NCBI GenBank assembly: GCA_949282345.1
Contig: CASDOQ010000025.1
Coordinates: 86,894 to 150,893, forward strand
Direction of reading: 5' to 3'
Source: an uncultured bacterium
Lineage (GTDB): Bacteria > Bacillota > Clostridia > Oscillospirales > CAG-272
Length of the DNA stretch: 64,000 bases
Position 1 is the first letter of the stretch; the number at the start of each line of letters is the position of its first letter. A model generated the notes under the pieces. It was not told the origin of the DNA. It did no database searches and saw only the letters and a list, made by a program, of their open reading frames with translations. Shown here in pieces: positions 54,588 through 64,000 of the stretch. Position numbers and translations under genes: made by a program.

Positions 54588-56012
54588 TCATTCCTTGGTT
54601 TTGCCGATATTGATATAGGACTCGCCGCCGAACTTTGTAATATCCTGATAGTCGCATCCCAGCTCCCTTGCAAGCAGCTCTACAACATACGGCGCGCAGA
54701 ATCCGCCCTGGCACCTGCCCATGCCCGACCTGGTCCTTCTCTTTACGCCGTCAAGGTCATGCGGCTTCGGATTAGTCCTTATCGCCTCAAGAATTTCTCC
54801 CTCGCTTACCGTCTCGCAGCGGCAGATTATATGCGCATACTCCGGGTGCTCCTTGATTATCTCGTTTTTCTCATCGTTTGAGAGCTCTCTGAAAGCGTGG
54901 AGCGGTTTTCTCTTTGAAATATGATTTTCACGGGGGGTGAGCCGAACTCCGCTTTCGATAAGCAGATCCCTCACATACTCCGCAATCGCAGGTGCCGAAG
55001 AAAGTCCGGGGCTCTCTATGCCTGCACAGTTTACAAATCCGTCTTTACAGTTTATGATAAAGTCGCCGACAGAGCCGGTAGCACGCAGTCCCGTAAATGA
55101 TGTTATCGTGCCGCCGAAATTAAGCCCGCTGACACTGCGTGACGCCATCCTCCTGACTGTCTCAATACCGCTTGCGGTTGTCGAGGTGTCCTCCTTGTCC
55201 GAAATATCCTCTGCGGTGGGACCGAGCAGGAGATTTCCGTCAACCGTCGGCGTTACAAGAATACCCTTGCCCATTTTCGACGGACACTGGAATACCGTGT
55301 GACTTACAAGTGTACCCCACTCCTTGTCAAGCAAAATGTACTCGCCGCGCCGAGGCGTCACGGTAAAGGAGCTGTCCCCTGCCATCCGTGCCACATCATC
55401 CGAGTAAACTCCCGCACAGTTTATCACAATCTCAGCCTCAATGAACTCGTCCCCGCTGTAAACCTTATATCCTTTTTCCGTCTTTTCAATCCTTGTTACG
55501 GGGAAATTGAGCTTGAGCTCGGCTCCGTTATCCATAGCGTTTCCGACAGCCGCCATGCAAAGCTCATACGGACAGACAATACCGCCTGTCGGAGCGACAA
55601 GCGCCGCCACAACCTCATCTCCGATATTCGGCTCAAGCTTTAATACCTCGTCTCTGTCAACTACTCTGAGCCCCTCAACACCGTTGGCAATTCCCCTTTG
55701 CATAAGAGCATTAAGTGTTTCTCTGTCCTCGTCATTAAATCCGAGCACCAGGGAGCCGTTATTTTTGTATTTAACCCCGAGTTCACGGCAATATTCTTCC
55801 ATCATCTTTGAGCCGCGGACATTGAGTTTTGCCTTAAGACTGCCCTCTTTGGCGTCAAAGCCTGCATGGACAATAGCGCTGTTTGCTTTGGTTGCGCCCA
55901 TCGCCACATCCCCCATCTTCTCCGCAATAACAACATCAAGCTTATATTTCATAAGCTCTCTCGCCACACAGCCGCCTACAACGCCTGCGCCTATTATACA
56001 AATATCATGCAT
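54588..56012 (-). CDS. FAD-dependent oxidoreductase (GlpA/LhgO-like) with BFD-like [2Fe-2S] domain
   Basis: GAGVVG, KANSAIVHAG, CRCE..GRCQGGFC. Confidence 0.9.
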   Translation of the reverse strand: MHDICIIGAGVVGGCVARELMKYKLDVVIAEKMGDVAMGATKANSAIVHAGFDAKEGSLKAKLNVRGSKMMEEYCRELGVKYKNNGSLVLGFNDEDRETLNALMQRGIANGVEGLRVVDRDEVLKLEPNIGDEVVAALVAPTGGIVCPYELCMAAVGNAMDNGAELKLNFPVTRIEKTEKGYKVYSGDEFIEAEIVINCAGVYSDDVARMAGDSSFTVTPRRGEYILLDKEWGTLVSHTVFQCPSKMGKGILVTPTVDGNLLLGPTAEDISDKEDTSTTASGIETVRRMASRSVSGLNFGGTITSFTGLRATGSVGDFIINCKDGFVNCAGIESPGLSSAPAIAEYVRDLLIESGVRLTPRENHISKRKPLHAFRELSNDEKNEIIKEHPEYAHIICRCETVSEGEILEAIRTNPKPHDLDGVKRRTRSGMGRCQGGFCAPYVVELLARELGCDYQDITKFGGESYINIGKTKE

Positions 56013-56385
56013 AATATCCACCTCAATACTTATTAGATCAAAAATCACGTGTATATATCTTATATAATAAAATTCTTTTATATCGGTATTATAGCACATG
56101 CATACCTTTAAATCAAGTTTAATTTATCAATTCTTATTTTCTTTTCGGAAAACACTTTTTAAAAGAGAAAAGTCCGCCCAAAGAAAAATATGCGCCCTGC
56201 GGCGCAAATACTGACTGAAAAATTGCCATCGGCAACACAAAAGTCACTGCCCGCAAAGCCTCACCGCATATTATACCTCACCGGGTGTGTGTCTGAGGTG
56301 CGTCAAGCTGAAAAAATCCGAAAAAAACGGGTAAAACACCCCCAAAAATTCAACACGCCCCCATTTGTCTGACATTTCGGCATAA

Positions 56386-56727
56386 ATGTCAATTTTTGCA
56401 TTTTATTGGTTAAAAAATCGCAAAAAGCATTTACATATTTATATATGTGTTATAATTTACAGTTGGATAAATGTAATTTTAGGCTCGCTCATTGCGTTTG
56501 TCACACTTATAGTCGCGGCTATACAGCTTATTAACGGGGACGCAAACCGGTATACTATGTTTATCATCTTTGTTGTCAGTGCTCTCGCCACTATTCTGTC
56601 ACATCTGTTCCTGCATATCCTTTTCGGTTTTTTCTATGACATAAGAAAAATCAGAATCAGCTCAGACAGCTCGCCTGTCAGCAGAGAATTTGAAGCAATT
56701 AACATCAACGACATACCTGAAATATGA
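56386..56727 (+). CDS. small membrane protein, possibly a 5'-truncated remnant
   Basis: Hydrophobic segments; the 5' part overlaps a TGTTATAAT promoter-like site. Confidence 0.4.
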   Translation: MSIFAFYWLKNRKKHLHIYICVIIYSWINVILGSLIAFVTLIVAAIQLINGDANRYTMFIIFVVSALATILSHLFLHILFGFFYDIRKIRISSDSSPVSREFEAININDIPEI

Positions 56728-56739
56728 GAGGAAGCATTA

Positions 56740-58314
56740 ATGTCTGAGAGATTTTCAAAATTATTTTTACTACCGAAAAATCTGTACACAAAAGACTCCC
56801 CCGTTATAATCAGAGCCGGTGCACTGCTGAAAGATAATATAACAGGGCGTATCTATGCGCTGGTGAAATTCAAAAACATCTCGGAAAGCACGGTAAAAAG
56901 TCTGAAAGTGAGCATATCCGAATTTGACCAGCTTGAAAGACCGATTGAGGGCAGTACGGTATATCAGTATTTAGACCTTAATGTAAAGCGAGACGAAGAG
57001 TTCGGTCAGAAAACTTTGATCCCGATACCCGACGTTTCCGTGCGCTCATTTGACATATCGGTTGATGAGGTCGGTTTTTCAGACAACAGCGTTTACACCT
57101 GCGGAAAGCAAAATTGGGAAAGTCTTCCCGAAGAAAAAGCTATACCGTACGATTACCTTCCCGCATACCGCTCGCTATACTGCGAGGCGGCTGTCTGTGA
57201 GCCGTGGTTTACAGAAGAAATCTGGTGCTGCGCGTGCGGAAAAATAAACGGCAAAGATGAAAAGTCATGCCACGCTTGCGGCGCCTCCCGCTCGGCGCTT
57301 GAAAATATTGACGATAAAACAGTAACAGAAAAAATCTCGGAGTTTAAATATGAGAACGCCAATGCTCTGCTCCAAAAAAGCGACCTCAAGTCGCTGAAGA
57401 AAGCCGAGAGCGTATTTCTCTCGCTTGAAAACTACAAAGACTCCGAAGCAAAAGCCAAAATATGCACTGATAAAATTGACAAAATTAAAAAATCCAAGGC
57501 AAAAAACAAACGCATTTTTATAATTTCAGGCATATCGGCGGCAGCTGTAATCTTTTTGACCTGTATCTCATTTATAATATGGGCTTTATCCCCTGCCGCA
57601 GACTATACTTATACCGCAGTTGAGGGCGGATACTCCGTTTCATGCGATGACATTTCGATTAAAAAAGCTGAAATTCCCTCAAAACACAAGGGCAAGCCTG
57701 TTGTCGCAATCGGTGAAGGTGCATTCAAAGATTGCCTTAGCCTTGAAAGCGTTATTATCCCTGACAGCGTAACGAGTATCGGTTACGGCGCATTTCAAAA
57801 CTGCACCTCCCTCTCAAGCTTAACCATTTCCGACAGTGTTACATCTATCGGAGGCAGAGCATTCTCAGGTTGCTTAAGTCTTACGGATATTACCGTGCCC
57901 GACAGTGTTGAGAATATCGGATACAATGCTTTTGCGGACTGCGACAACCTGACAAGCATTACTCTGCCGTTTGTCGGAGAAACAATAAACGGAACAAATA
58001 ACACTCATCTCGGATATATTTTCGGAGCGATACGCTATGCGACAAATTACAATTATGTGCCGAGATCGCTGACACATGTGACGGTAACAGGCGGTAACAG
58101 TTTCGGTGTAGGCGCATTTTACAATTGCCTATCCCTGAAGAGCATATGTATACCTGACAGTGTAAAACACATTGACGACAACGCATTTAGAGAGTGCTTG
58201 AGCCTCACGGATGTATATTACATGGGAAGTATAAAGGATTGGTCTCAAATTACAATAGGCTCATACAACAGTGCAGTTAAATATGCGGAAATTCACTATA
58301 ACTACGTTCCGTAA
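56740..58314 (+). CDS. membrane protein with zinc ribbon and BspA-type leucine-rich repeats
   Basis: CACG..CHACG, TM helix, repeats of IPDSVTSIGxxAFxxCxSL. Confidence 0.85.
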   Translation: MSERFSKLFLLPKNLYTKDSPVIIRAGALLKDNITGRIYALVKFKNISESTVKSLKVSISEFDQLERPIEGSTVYQYLDLNVKRDEEFGQKTLIPIPDVSVRSFDISVDEVGFSDNSVYTCGKQNWESLPEEKAIPYDYLPAYRSLYCEAAVCEPWFTEEIWCCACGKINGKDEKSCHACGASRSALENIDDKTVTEKISEFKYENANALLQKSDLKSLKKAESVFLSLENYKDSEAKAKICTDKIDKIKKSKAKNKRIFIISGISAAAVIFLTCISFIIWALSPAADYTYTAVEGGYSVSCDDISIKKAEIPSKHKGKPVVAIGEGAFKDCLSLESVIIPDSVTSIGYGAFQNCTSLSSLTISDSVTSIGGRAFSGCLSLTDITVPDSVENIGYNAFADCDNLTSITLPFVGETINGTNNTHLGYIFGAIRYATNYNYVPRSLTHVTVTGGNSFGVGAFYNCLSLKSICIPDSVKHIDDNAFRECLSLTDVYYMGSIKDWSQITIGSYNSAVKYAEIHYNYVP

Positions 58315-58347
58315 GATACGGTTTAAAAAATCAAGTAAACAATAATC

Positions 58348-58382
58348 AAAACAGCGAGGCAAAATTTTGCCTCGCTGTTTTT
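58348..58382. terminator. bidirectional intrinsic terminator
   Basis: AAAACAGCGAGGCAAAATTTTGCCTCGCTGTTTT. Confidence 0.8.
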
Positions 58383-58432
58383 CGGTGCAAAGAATGTACC
58401 GTGTTGTATTTTATTTATGTATGATACATAAA

Positions 58433-59974
58433 TTATTTTGCATAATCAACCGTTCTGCTCTCTCGGATCACGCTGACCTTGATCTGGCCGGGATAGTCGA
58501 GCTGTTCCTCGATCTTCCTTGCGATGTCACGGGCAAGCAGCTTCATGCTGTCGTCGTCCACAACATCCGGCTTAACCATAACTCTGACCTCACGGCCCGC
58601 CTGAATTGCAAACGTCTTCTCAACTCCCTCAAACTCGCTTGACACTTCCTCAAGCTTCTGAAGTCTCTTGATGTAGTTTTCAACATTCTCGCGTCTTGCG
58701 CCGGGTCTTGCCGCGCTGATGGCGTCCGCAGCCTGAATAATAAAGTCAAGCGGCGTCACAGGCTCAACATCGTTATGGTGCGCCTCAATGGCGTGAATTA
58801 TATCCTTGTTCTCACGGTATTTTGTGGCGATGTCAACGCCGAGGGTGATATGCGAGCCCTCGCTCTCCGCCGTAACCGCCTTACCGATATCATGCAGCAG
58901 TCCCGCTCTTCTGGCAAGAGTCACATCAACGCCCATCTCATCCGCAATCACGCCCGCAAGCATGGAAACCTCTATCGAGTGGCGCAGTGCGTTCTGTCCG
59001 TATGATGTGCGGTACTTCATTCTTCCGAGAAGCTTTATAAGCTCAGGGTGCAAACCGTGCACTCCGGTCTCAAACACCGCTCTCTCGCCCGCCTGCTTGA
59101 TCTGTGCGTCAACCTCACGGCGAGCCTTCTCAACCATCTCCTCAATTCTTGCAGGATGAATTCTTCCGTCGCTGACAAGTCTCTCAAGAGCAATCTTGGC
59201 AATTTCGCGTCTCACGGGGTCAAATCCCGACACGGTTATAACATCCGGCGTGTCGTCGATAATAAGCTCAACACCGGTAAGGTTCTCGATAGAGCGGATA
59301 TTTCTTCCCTCTCTTCCGATAATTCTTCCCTTCATCTCGTCGCTCGGAATCTCGACAACCGATATCGCAACCTCACTTACATGGTCTGCGGCACAGCGCT
59401 GAATCGCAAGAGAGAGAATATCCTTGGCACGCATGTCCGCTTCATCCCTGAATTTCTCCTCATACTCGCTGATCTTCATGGCGGTCTCATGCCTCATCTC
59501 ACTGTCAAGACGGCTGACAAGCTCAGCCTTCGCCTCTTCCTTTGTGAGCTGTGCATTCTGTTCAAGAACAAGAAGCTGTTTATCGAGAGTTGACTGAATC
59601 TCCGCTCTGATCCTGTCGGCATCCTCATGCTTTTTTGTGAGGAGAGCGTCCTTTTTCTCCACAGCCTCTATTTTTGCATCAAGAGTTTCCTCCTTCTGCG
59701 TTACACGCCTCTCAAGGCGTGTCACCTCTTTGCGGCGTTCTTTGTTTTCAAACTCCGCCTCTCTTTTCATCTGAAAAATTTCTTCCTTAGCGGAAATAAT
59801 GGCCTCTTTCTTGGCTCTCTCCGCCTCTTTAATTGTGTCCTCAAGTATCTTTGTTGCCTGCTCTCTTGCAGAACCGAGTTGTTTTTCGGCTACCATCTTA
59901 TGGACAACGATAGCTATAACAGCACCGCAGGCTCCGCCTGCAACAAGTCCTATTATCAAAAAAAGAACTTCCAA
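58433..59974 (-). CDS. rny: ribonuclease Y
   Basis: N-terminal TM, coiled coil, [24 protein letters not shown]; TTG start with GGAGG. Confidence 0.96.
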   Translation of the reverse strand: MEVLFLIIGLVAGGACGAVIAIVVHKMVAEKQLGSAREQATKILEDTIKEAERAKKEAIISAKEEIFQMKREAEFENKERRKEVTRLERRVTQKEETLDAKIEAVEKKDALLTKKHEDADRIRAEIQSTLDKQLLVLEQNAQLTKEEAKAELVSRLDSEMRHETAMKISEYEEKFRDEADMRAKDILSLAIQRCAADHVSEVAISVVEIPSDEMKGRIIGREGRNIRSIENLTGVELIIDDTPDVITVSGFDPVRREIAKIALERLVSDGRIHPARIEEMVEKARREVDAQIKQAGERAVFETGVHGLHPELIKLLGRMKYRTSYGQNALRHSIEVSMLAGVIADEMGVDVTLARRAGLLHDIGKAVTAESEGSHITLGVDIATKYRENKDIIHAIEAHHNDVEPVTPLDFIIQAADAISAARPGARRENVENYIKRLQKLEEVSSEFEGVEKTFAIQAGREVRVMVKPDVVDDDSMKLLARDIARKIEEQLDYPGQIKVSVIRESRTVDYAK

Positions 59975-60269
59975 TTTACACCTCCCAACGATTACAATTG
60001 TAACCTATGTAAAAAGCTGAATTTTTTTAAAATACGCCTGATACATCCGATACGGAGGAAAAACAGAAACAAACCGAATTTAAAACTAAAATTAAAACTG
60101 CAAAGCAAAATATATGTCATTTTCGGAAAACCGAAACGCAAAATTTTTCAAATTCGTTAAAATATATTTAAACAACAGAAAGCCGAATGTAAAGTTAATC
60201 AAACCAAATCAGCCTTTATCCCTGAGTTTTATCCTGTATCGCAAGTGAAAATACCGACGTATACGCTTT

Positions 60270-60298
60270 ATTATAATATATATTTTACATCTTGTCAA
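60270..60298 (-). promoter_or_regulatory. sigma-A promoter of rny
   Basis: TTGACA-17 bp-TATAAT on the minus strand. Confidence 0.7.
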
Positions 60299-60517
60299 GG
60301 GCTTTGACGAATTCAGGGCGGATAATCGAGATTTTTTGCGGCGTTTTTTGGGCAAAAGATTGTTATTTCTCTGCACGGGTGCCGCCATCGGTAAAACCCT
60401 GCGTAAAAAAGCTGATTTACGCCGCCGAATTTCAATAAATGTTAAATAAACTTTACACAAACCCCGCTTTTCCGCCTCGGCACCTATGCCTGACATGCCT
60501 GAGCGCTGTACACTAAG

Positions 60518-60592
60518 GCATATTACGCAGTAGCATGTTACGATGTAGCATGATACGATGTAGCATGTTACGGTGTAGCATGTTACGCAGTA
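60518..60592. repeat. 15-bp tandem repeat x5
   Basis: gcatattacgcagta gcatgttacgatgta gcatgatacgatgta gcatgttacggtgta gcatgttacgcagta. Confidence 0.85.
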
Positions 60593-60938
60593 ACATTCGG
60601 CTCTGTGGCATGCGGCGTGGCAATATATAGCACATCTGTATGCGGTATTGCGGCATTTTTTCGCACGGGTGCCGCCGTGACATATACACAATTCCATTTT
60701 CATTTTAAAATATACGCCGCGGCGGCAGAAGCTTTTCCCGTGCGGCGCAGAGCGCCGAGAGCATTGAGAAATATTATAATACACATACTGTGGCGCTTTA
60801 TGCTTGCGGTTTTCCTTTTTAAATTAATTTTCCCCTGCACTTTTTAAATTTTCCTTCATTAAATATATATAACGGTGACTGGGGCATTTTTTGTTTTTTT
60901 CTGAGTTTTGCACTGCTGAACTTTTTTTGGCGCAAAAT

Positions 60939-60965
60939 TTAGCAGTTGTATTTACAGACGGCTAA
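60939..60965 (+). promoter_or_regulatory. degenerate upstream CIRCE
   Basis: TTAGCAGTT-N9-GACGGCTAA. Confidence 0.5.
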
Positions 60966-61045
60966 AAGTTAACAAAAAGTTCACATATTTTTTCTCATAA
61001 ACTATTGACAAGGTGGGAAAAAAGATTATAATATACTTATCAAGA

Positions 61046-61072
61046 TTAGCACTCCCATTTGACAAGTGCTAA
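61046..61072 (+). promoter_or_regulatory. CIRCE element (HrcA operator)
   Basis: TTAGCACTC-N9-AAGTGCTAA downstream of TTGACA (61005) and TATAAT (61027). Confidence 0.92.
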
Positions 61073-61087
61073 AATTGAGGATAAGAG

Positions 61088-62176
61088 GTGAAGAAATTGG
61101 ATTACTCAGGGCTATCAAAGAGAAAACAGCAGATACTTAGGGCAATCGTTGACGCTCACATAGCAGGAGGCGAGCCTGTCGGTTCAAACTATCTGTGCAC
61201 CAACGCTATGATTTCCTGTTCCTCTGCCACGGTGAGAAACGAGATGGCGGAGCTTGAGGCAATGGGTTATCTTGTTCAGCCCCACACTTCGGCGGGAAGA
61301 ATTCCGTCCGAACTCGGATACCGCTTCTATGTCGACTGCCTCGTCAAGCAGTACCGAGAGACAAAGACCGAAATTGACGAAATAAACGAGAGACTTAAAT
61401 ATAAGCTCACGGAGATGGACGAGGTTCTGACTATGGCGTCAAAGCTTGCGGCGTCCTTTACCGACTACACCGGCATTGCGTTCAAGGCGGGCGGCGGAAA
61501 CGCCAGAATATACAAGTTTGACAGCGTTTACCTCTCACACAAGGACTTCTTGCTTGTCATGATGTTCAGCGGAGAGACGGTAAAGGCAAAGCCGATACAT
61601 CTGACCATCTCGATTACTGAAAAAGATCTCAAGAGATTTATCGACGCGCTCAACATATACATTGTAAACAGGGTTTCAGAGGAGATAAATATGTCTCTTA
61701 TCATGAAGCTTGAGTCAATTATGGGAAGCGCAAGCTCGATTGTGCACCCTGCCGTTAAGGTTATATATGAGACAATGAGCGAGCTTGACACGGCGGATGT
61801 AAAACTTGACGGAATAAACAAACTGCTCGACTACCCCGAATACGCCGACACCAACAAGCTTAAGAGCCTGCTCGGAGTACTTGAGGAAAAGGACAGACTG
61901 CTTGATGTGATAAGCTCACATACCGAGGACGAGGACGGCATAAATGTTTATATAGGCACGGATAACGACTCTGACGGAATGAAAGGCACATCGCTGATTT
62001 TCAGAAAAATCAATGTCGGAGGCAGAGAGATGGCGGTCGGAGTTATCGGACCGAAGAGAATGGATTACTCAAAGGTTATAGACATGATAAACAAGCTTGC
62101 CAGCGGTATTGACCAGATGTTTGCAAGCGATGCGCGGCTGCTCAACAATCCAAATCAAAAGGAGACTGATGAATAA
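61088..62176 (+). CDS. hrcA: heat-inducible transcription repressor
   Basis: SSATVRNEMAELE, QPHTSAGRIPS, GVIGPKRMDY. Confidence 0.96.
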   Translation: MKKLDYSGLSKRKQQILRAIVDAHIAGGEPVGSNYLCTNAMISCSSATVRNEMAELEAMGYLVQPHTSAGRIPSELGYRFYVDCLVKQYRETKTEIDEINERLKYKLTEMDEVLTMASKLAASFTDYTGIAFKAGGGNARIYKFDSVYLSHKDFLLVMMFSGETVKAKPIHLTISITEKDLKRFIDALNIYIVNRVSEEINMSLIMKLESIMGSASSIVHPAVKVIYETMSELDTADVKLDGINKLLDYPEYADTNKLKSLLGVLEEKDRLLDVISSHTEDEDGINVYIGTDNDSDGMKGTSLIFRKINVGGREMAVGVIGPKRMDYSKVIDMINKLASGIDQMFASDARLLNNPNQKETDE

Positions 62177-62179
62177 AAG

Positions 62180-62821
62180 ATGGAAGAAAACAAGGTAAAT
62201 ATTGATAAGGAAGAGATTTCCGAGGGGGATGAAGCCGTAAAAGAGTGCTGCAAGATCTTAAACTCCGAGGAAAAGACAGAAAGCGATAAAGAAAACACGG
62301 CATCCGAGGAAACCAAAGAGGAAGAGACGGACAAAAAGAGCCGGAAAGAAAAAAAGCAATCTAAAAAAGAGACCGAGGAGCTGATAAAGGAAAACGAGAA
62401 GCTCAAAGAGGATCTTAAAGAGCTCAATGACAGATTTCTCAGAATGGCGGCGGAATATGACAACTTCAGGCGCCGCTCCAGAGAAGAAAAAGACGCGACA
62501 TACGAAAACGCAATGGCGGACACCGTAGCGGCGCTACTGCCTATAATTGACAACCTTGAGCGTGCCGCAATATACAGCGACACAGAAAAAATAAAAGAGG
62601 GACTTGAGATGATACTCAAGTCAAAGAGCTCGGTTTTCTCAAAGCTCGGAGTTGAAGAGGTGTGCAAGGTCGGAGATACTTTTGACCCGAACATGCATAA
62701 TGCGGTAATGCACATCGAGGACGAGAACTTCGGAGAAAACGAGGTCTGCGAGATATTCCAGCAGGGATACAAAAAAGGAAAACACATTATTCGCCACGCA
62801 ATGGTTAAAACGGCAAACTGA
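62180..62821 (+). CDS. grpE: nucleotide exchange factor GrpE
   Basis: AEYDNFRRR, LLPIIDNLERA, FDPNMHNAV. Confidence 0.96.
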   Translation: MEENKVNIDKEEISEGDEAVKECCKILNSEEKTESDKENTASEETKEEETDKKSRKEKKQSKKETEELIKENEKLKEDLKELNDRFLRMAAEYDNFRRRSREEKDATYENAMADTVAALLPIIDNLERAAIYSDTEKIKEGLEMILKSKSSVFSKLGVEEVCKVGDTFDPNMHNAVMHIEDENFGENEVCEIFQQGYKKGKHIIRHAMVKTAN

Positions 62822-62950
62822 TTATAAAACGGGCAAACGGAAATAATAAATTAAGTTGTCCGGGTTGAAAATTCGGCTTATCGGAAAAGCTTTTCGGGAG
62901 GTTTATCTTCCGAAGTGAAAAGCGCTGTGAGCCGAAAACAAAATTGTTAA

Positions 62951-64000
<1,050 letters not shown>

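Noticed and set aside
60518-60592. possible CRISPR array
   Set aside because: Contiguous 15-mers with no spacers and no cas genes
60209-60784. Cys-rich 191-aa ORF with CY(T/I)V repeats
   Set aside because: Translation of the tandem repeat; overlaps the rny promoter; no RBS

Overview
Chromosomal window from a Clostridia-like (Bacillota) bacterium, mostly housekeeping and carbohydrate genes. The left ~46.8 kb is GC-rich. It holds a DnaA-box cluster, a CofE-like gene, an ArgR-box amino-acid ABC transporter whose binding protein looks circularly permuted, guaB, a divergent clan GH-D glycosidase, rqcH, a two-gene SufC/SufBD pair, a GH2, tRNA-Val(CAC), a LarA-like/PHP/gnd/PfkB operon, SRP RNA-dnaX-ybaB-recR, queA, dapA, tyrS, trmK, a frameshift-free prfB, GH29 fucosidase, sigG, argS and yebC. 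At 46866-47428 lies an ORF-less group IIC intron inserted directly after a terminator hairpin. At that point base composition and codon usage switch to an AT-richer style, although the right part also carries core genes (rny, hrcA-grpE-dnaK). This suggests a chimeric join or a large recombination at the intron. All calls come from motif recognition by eye; no database searches were run.
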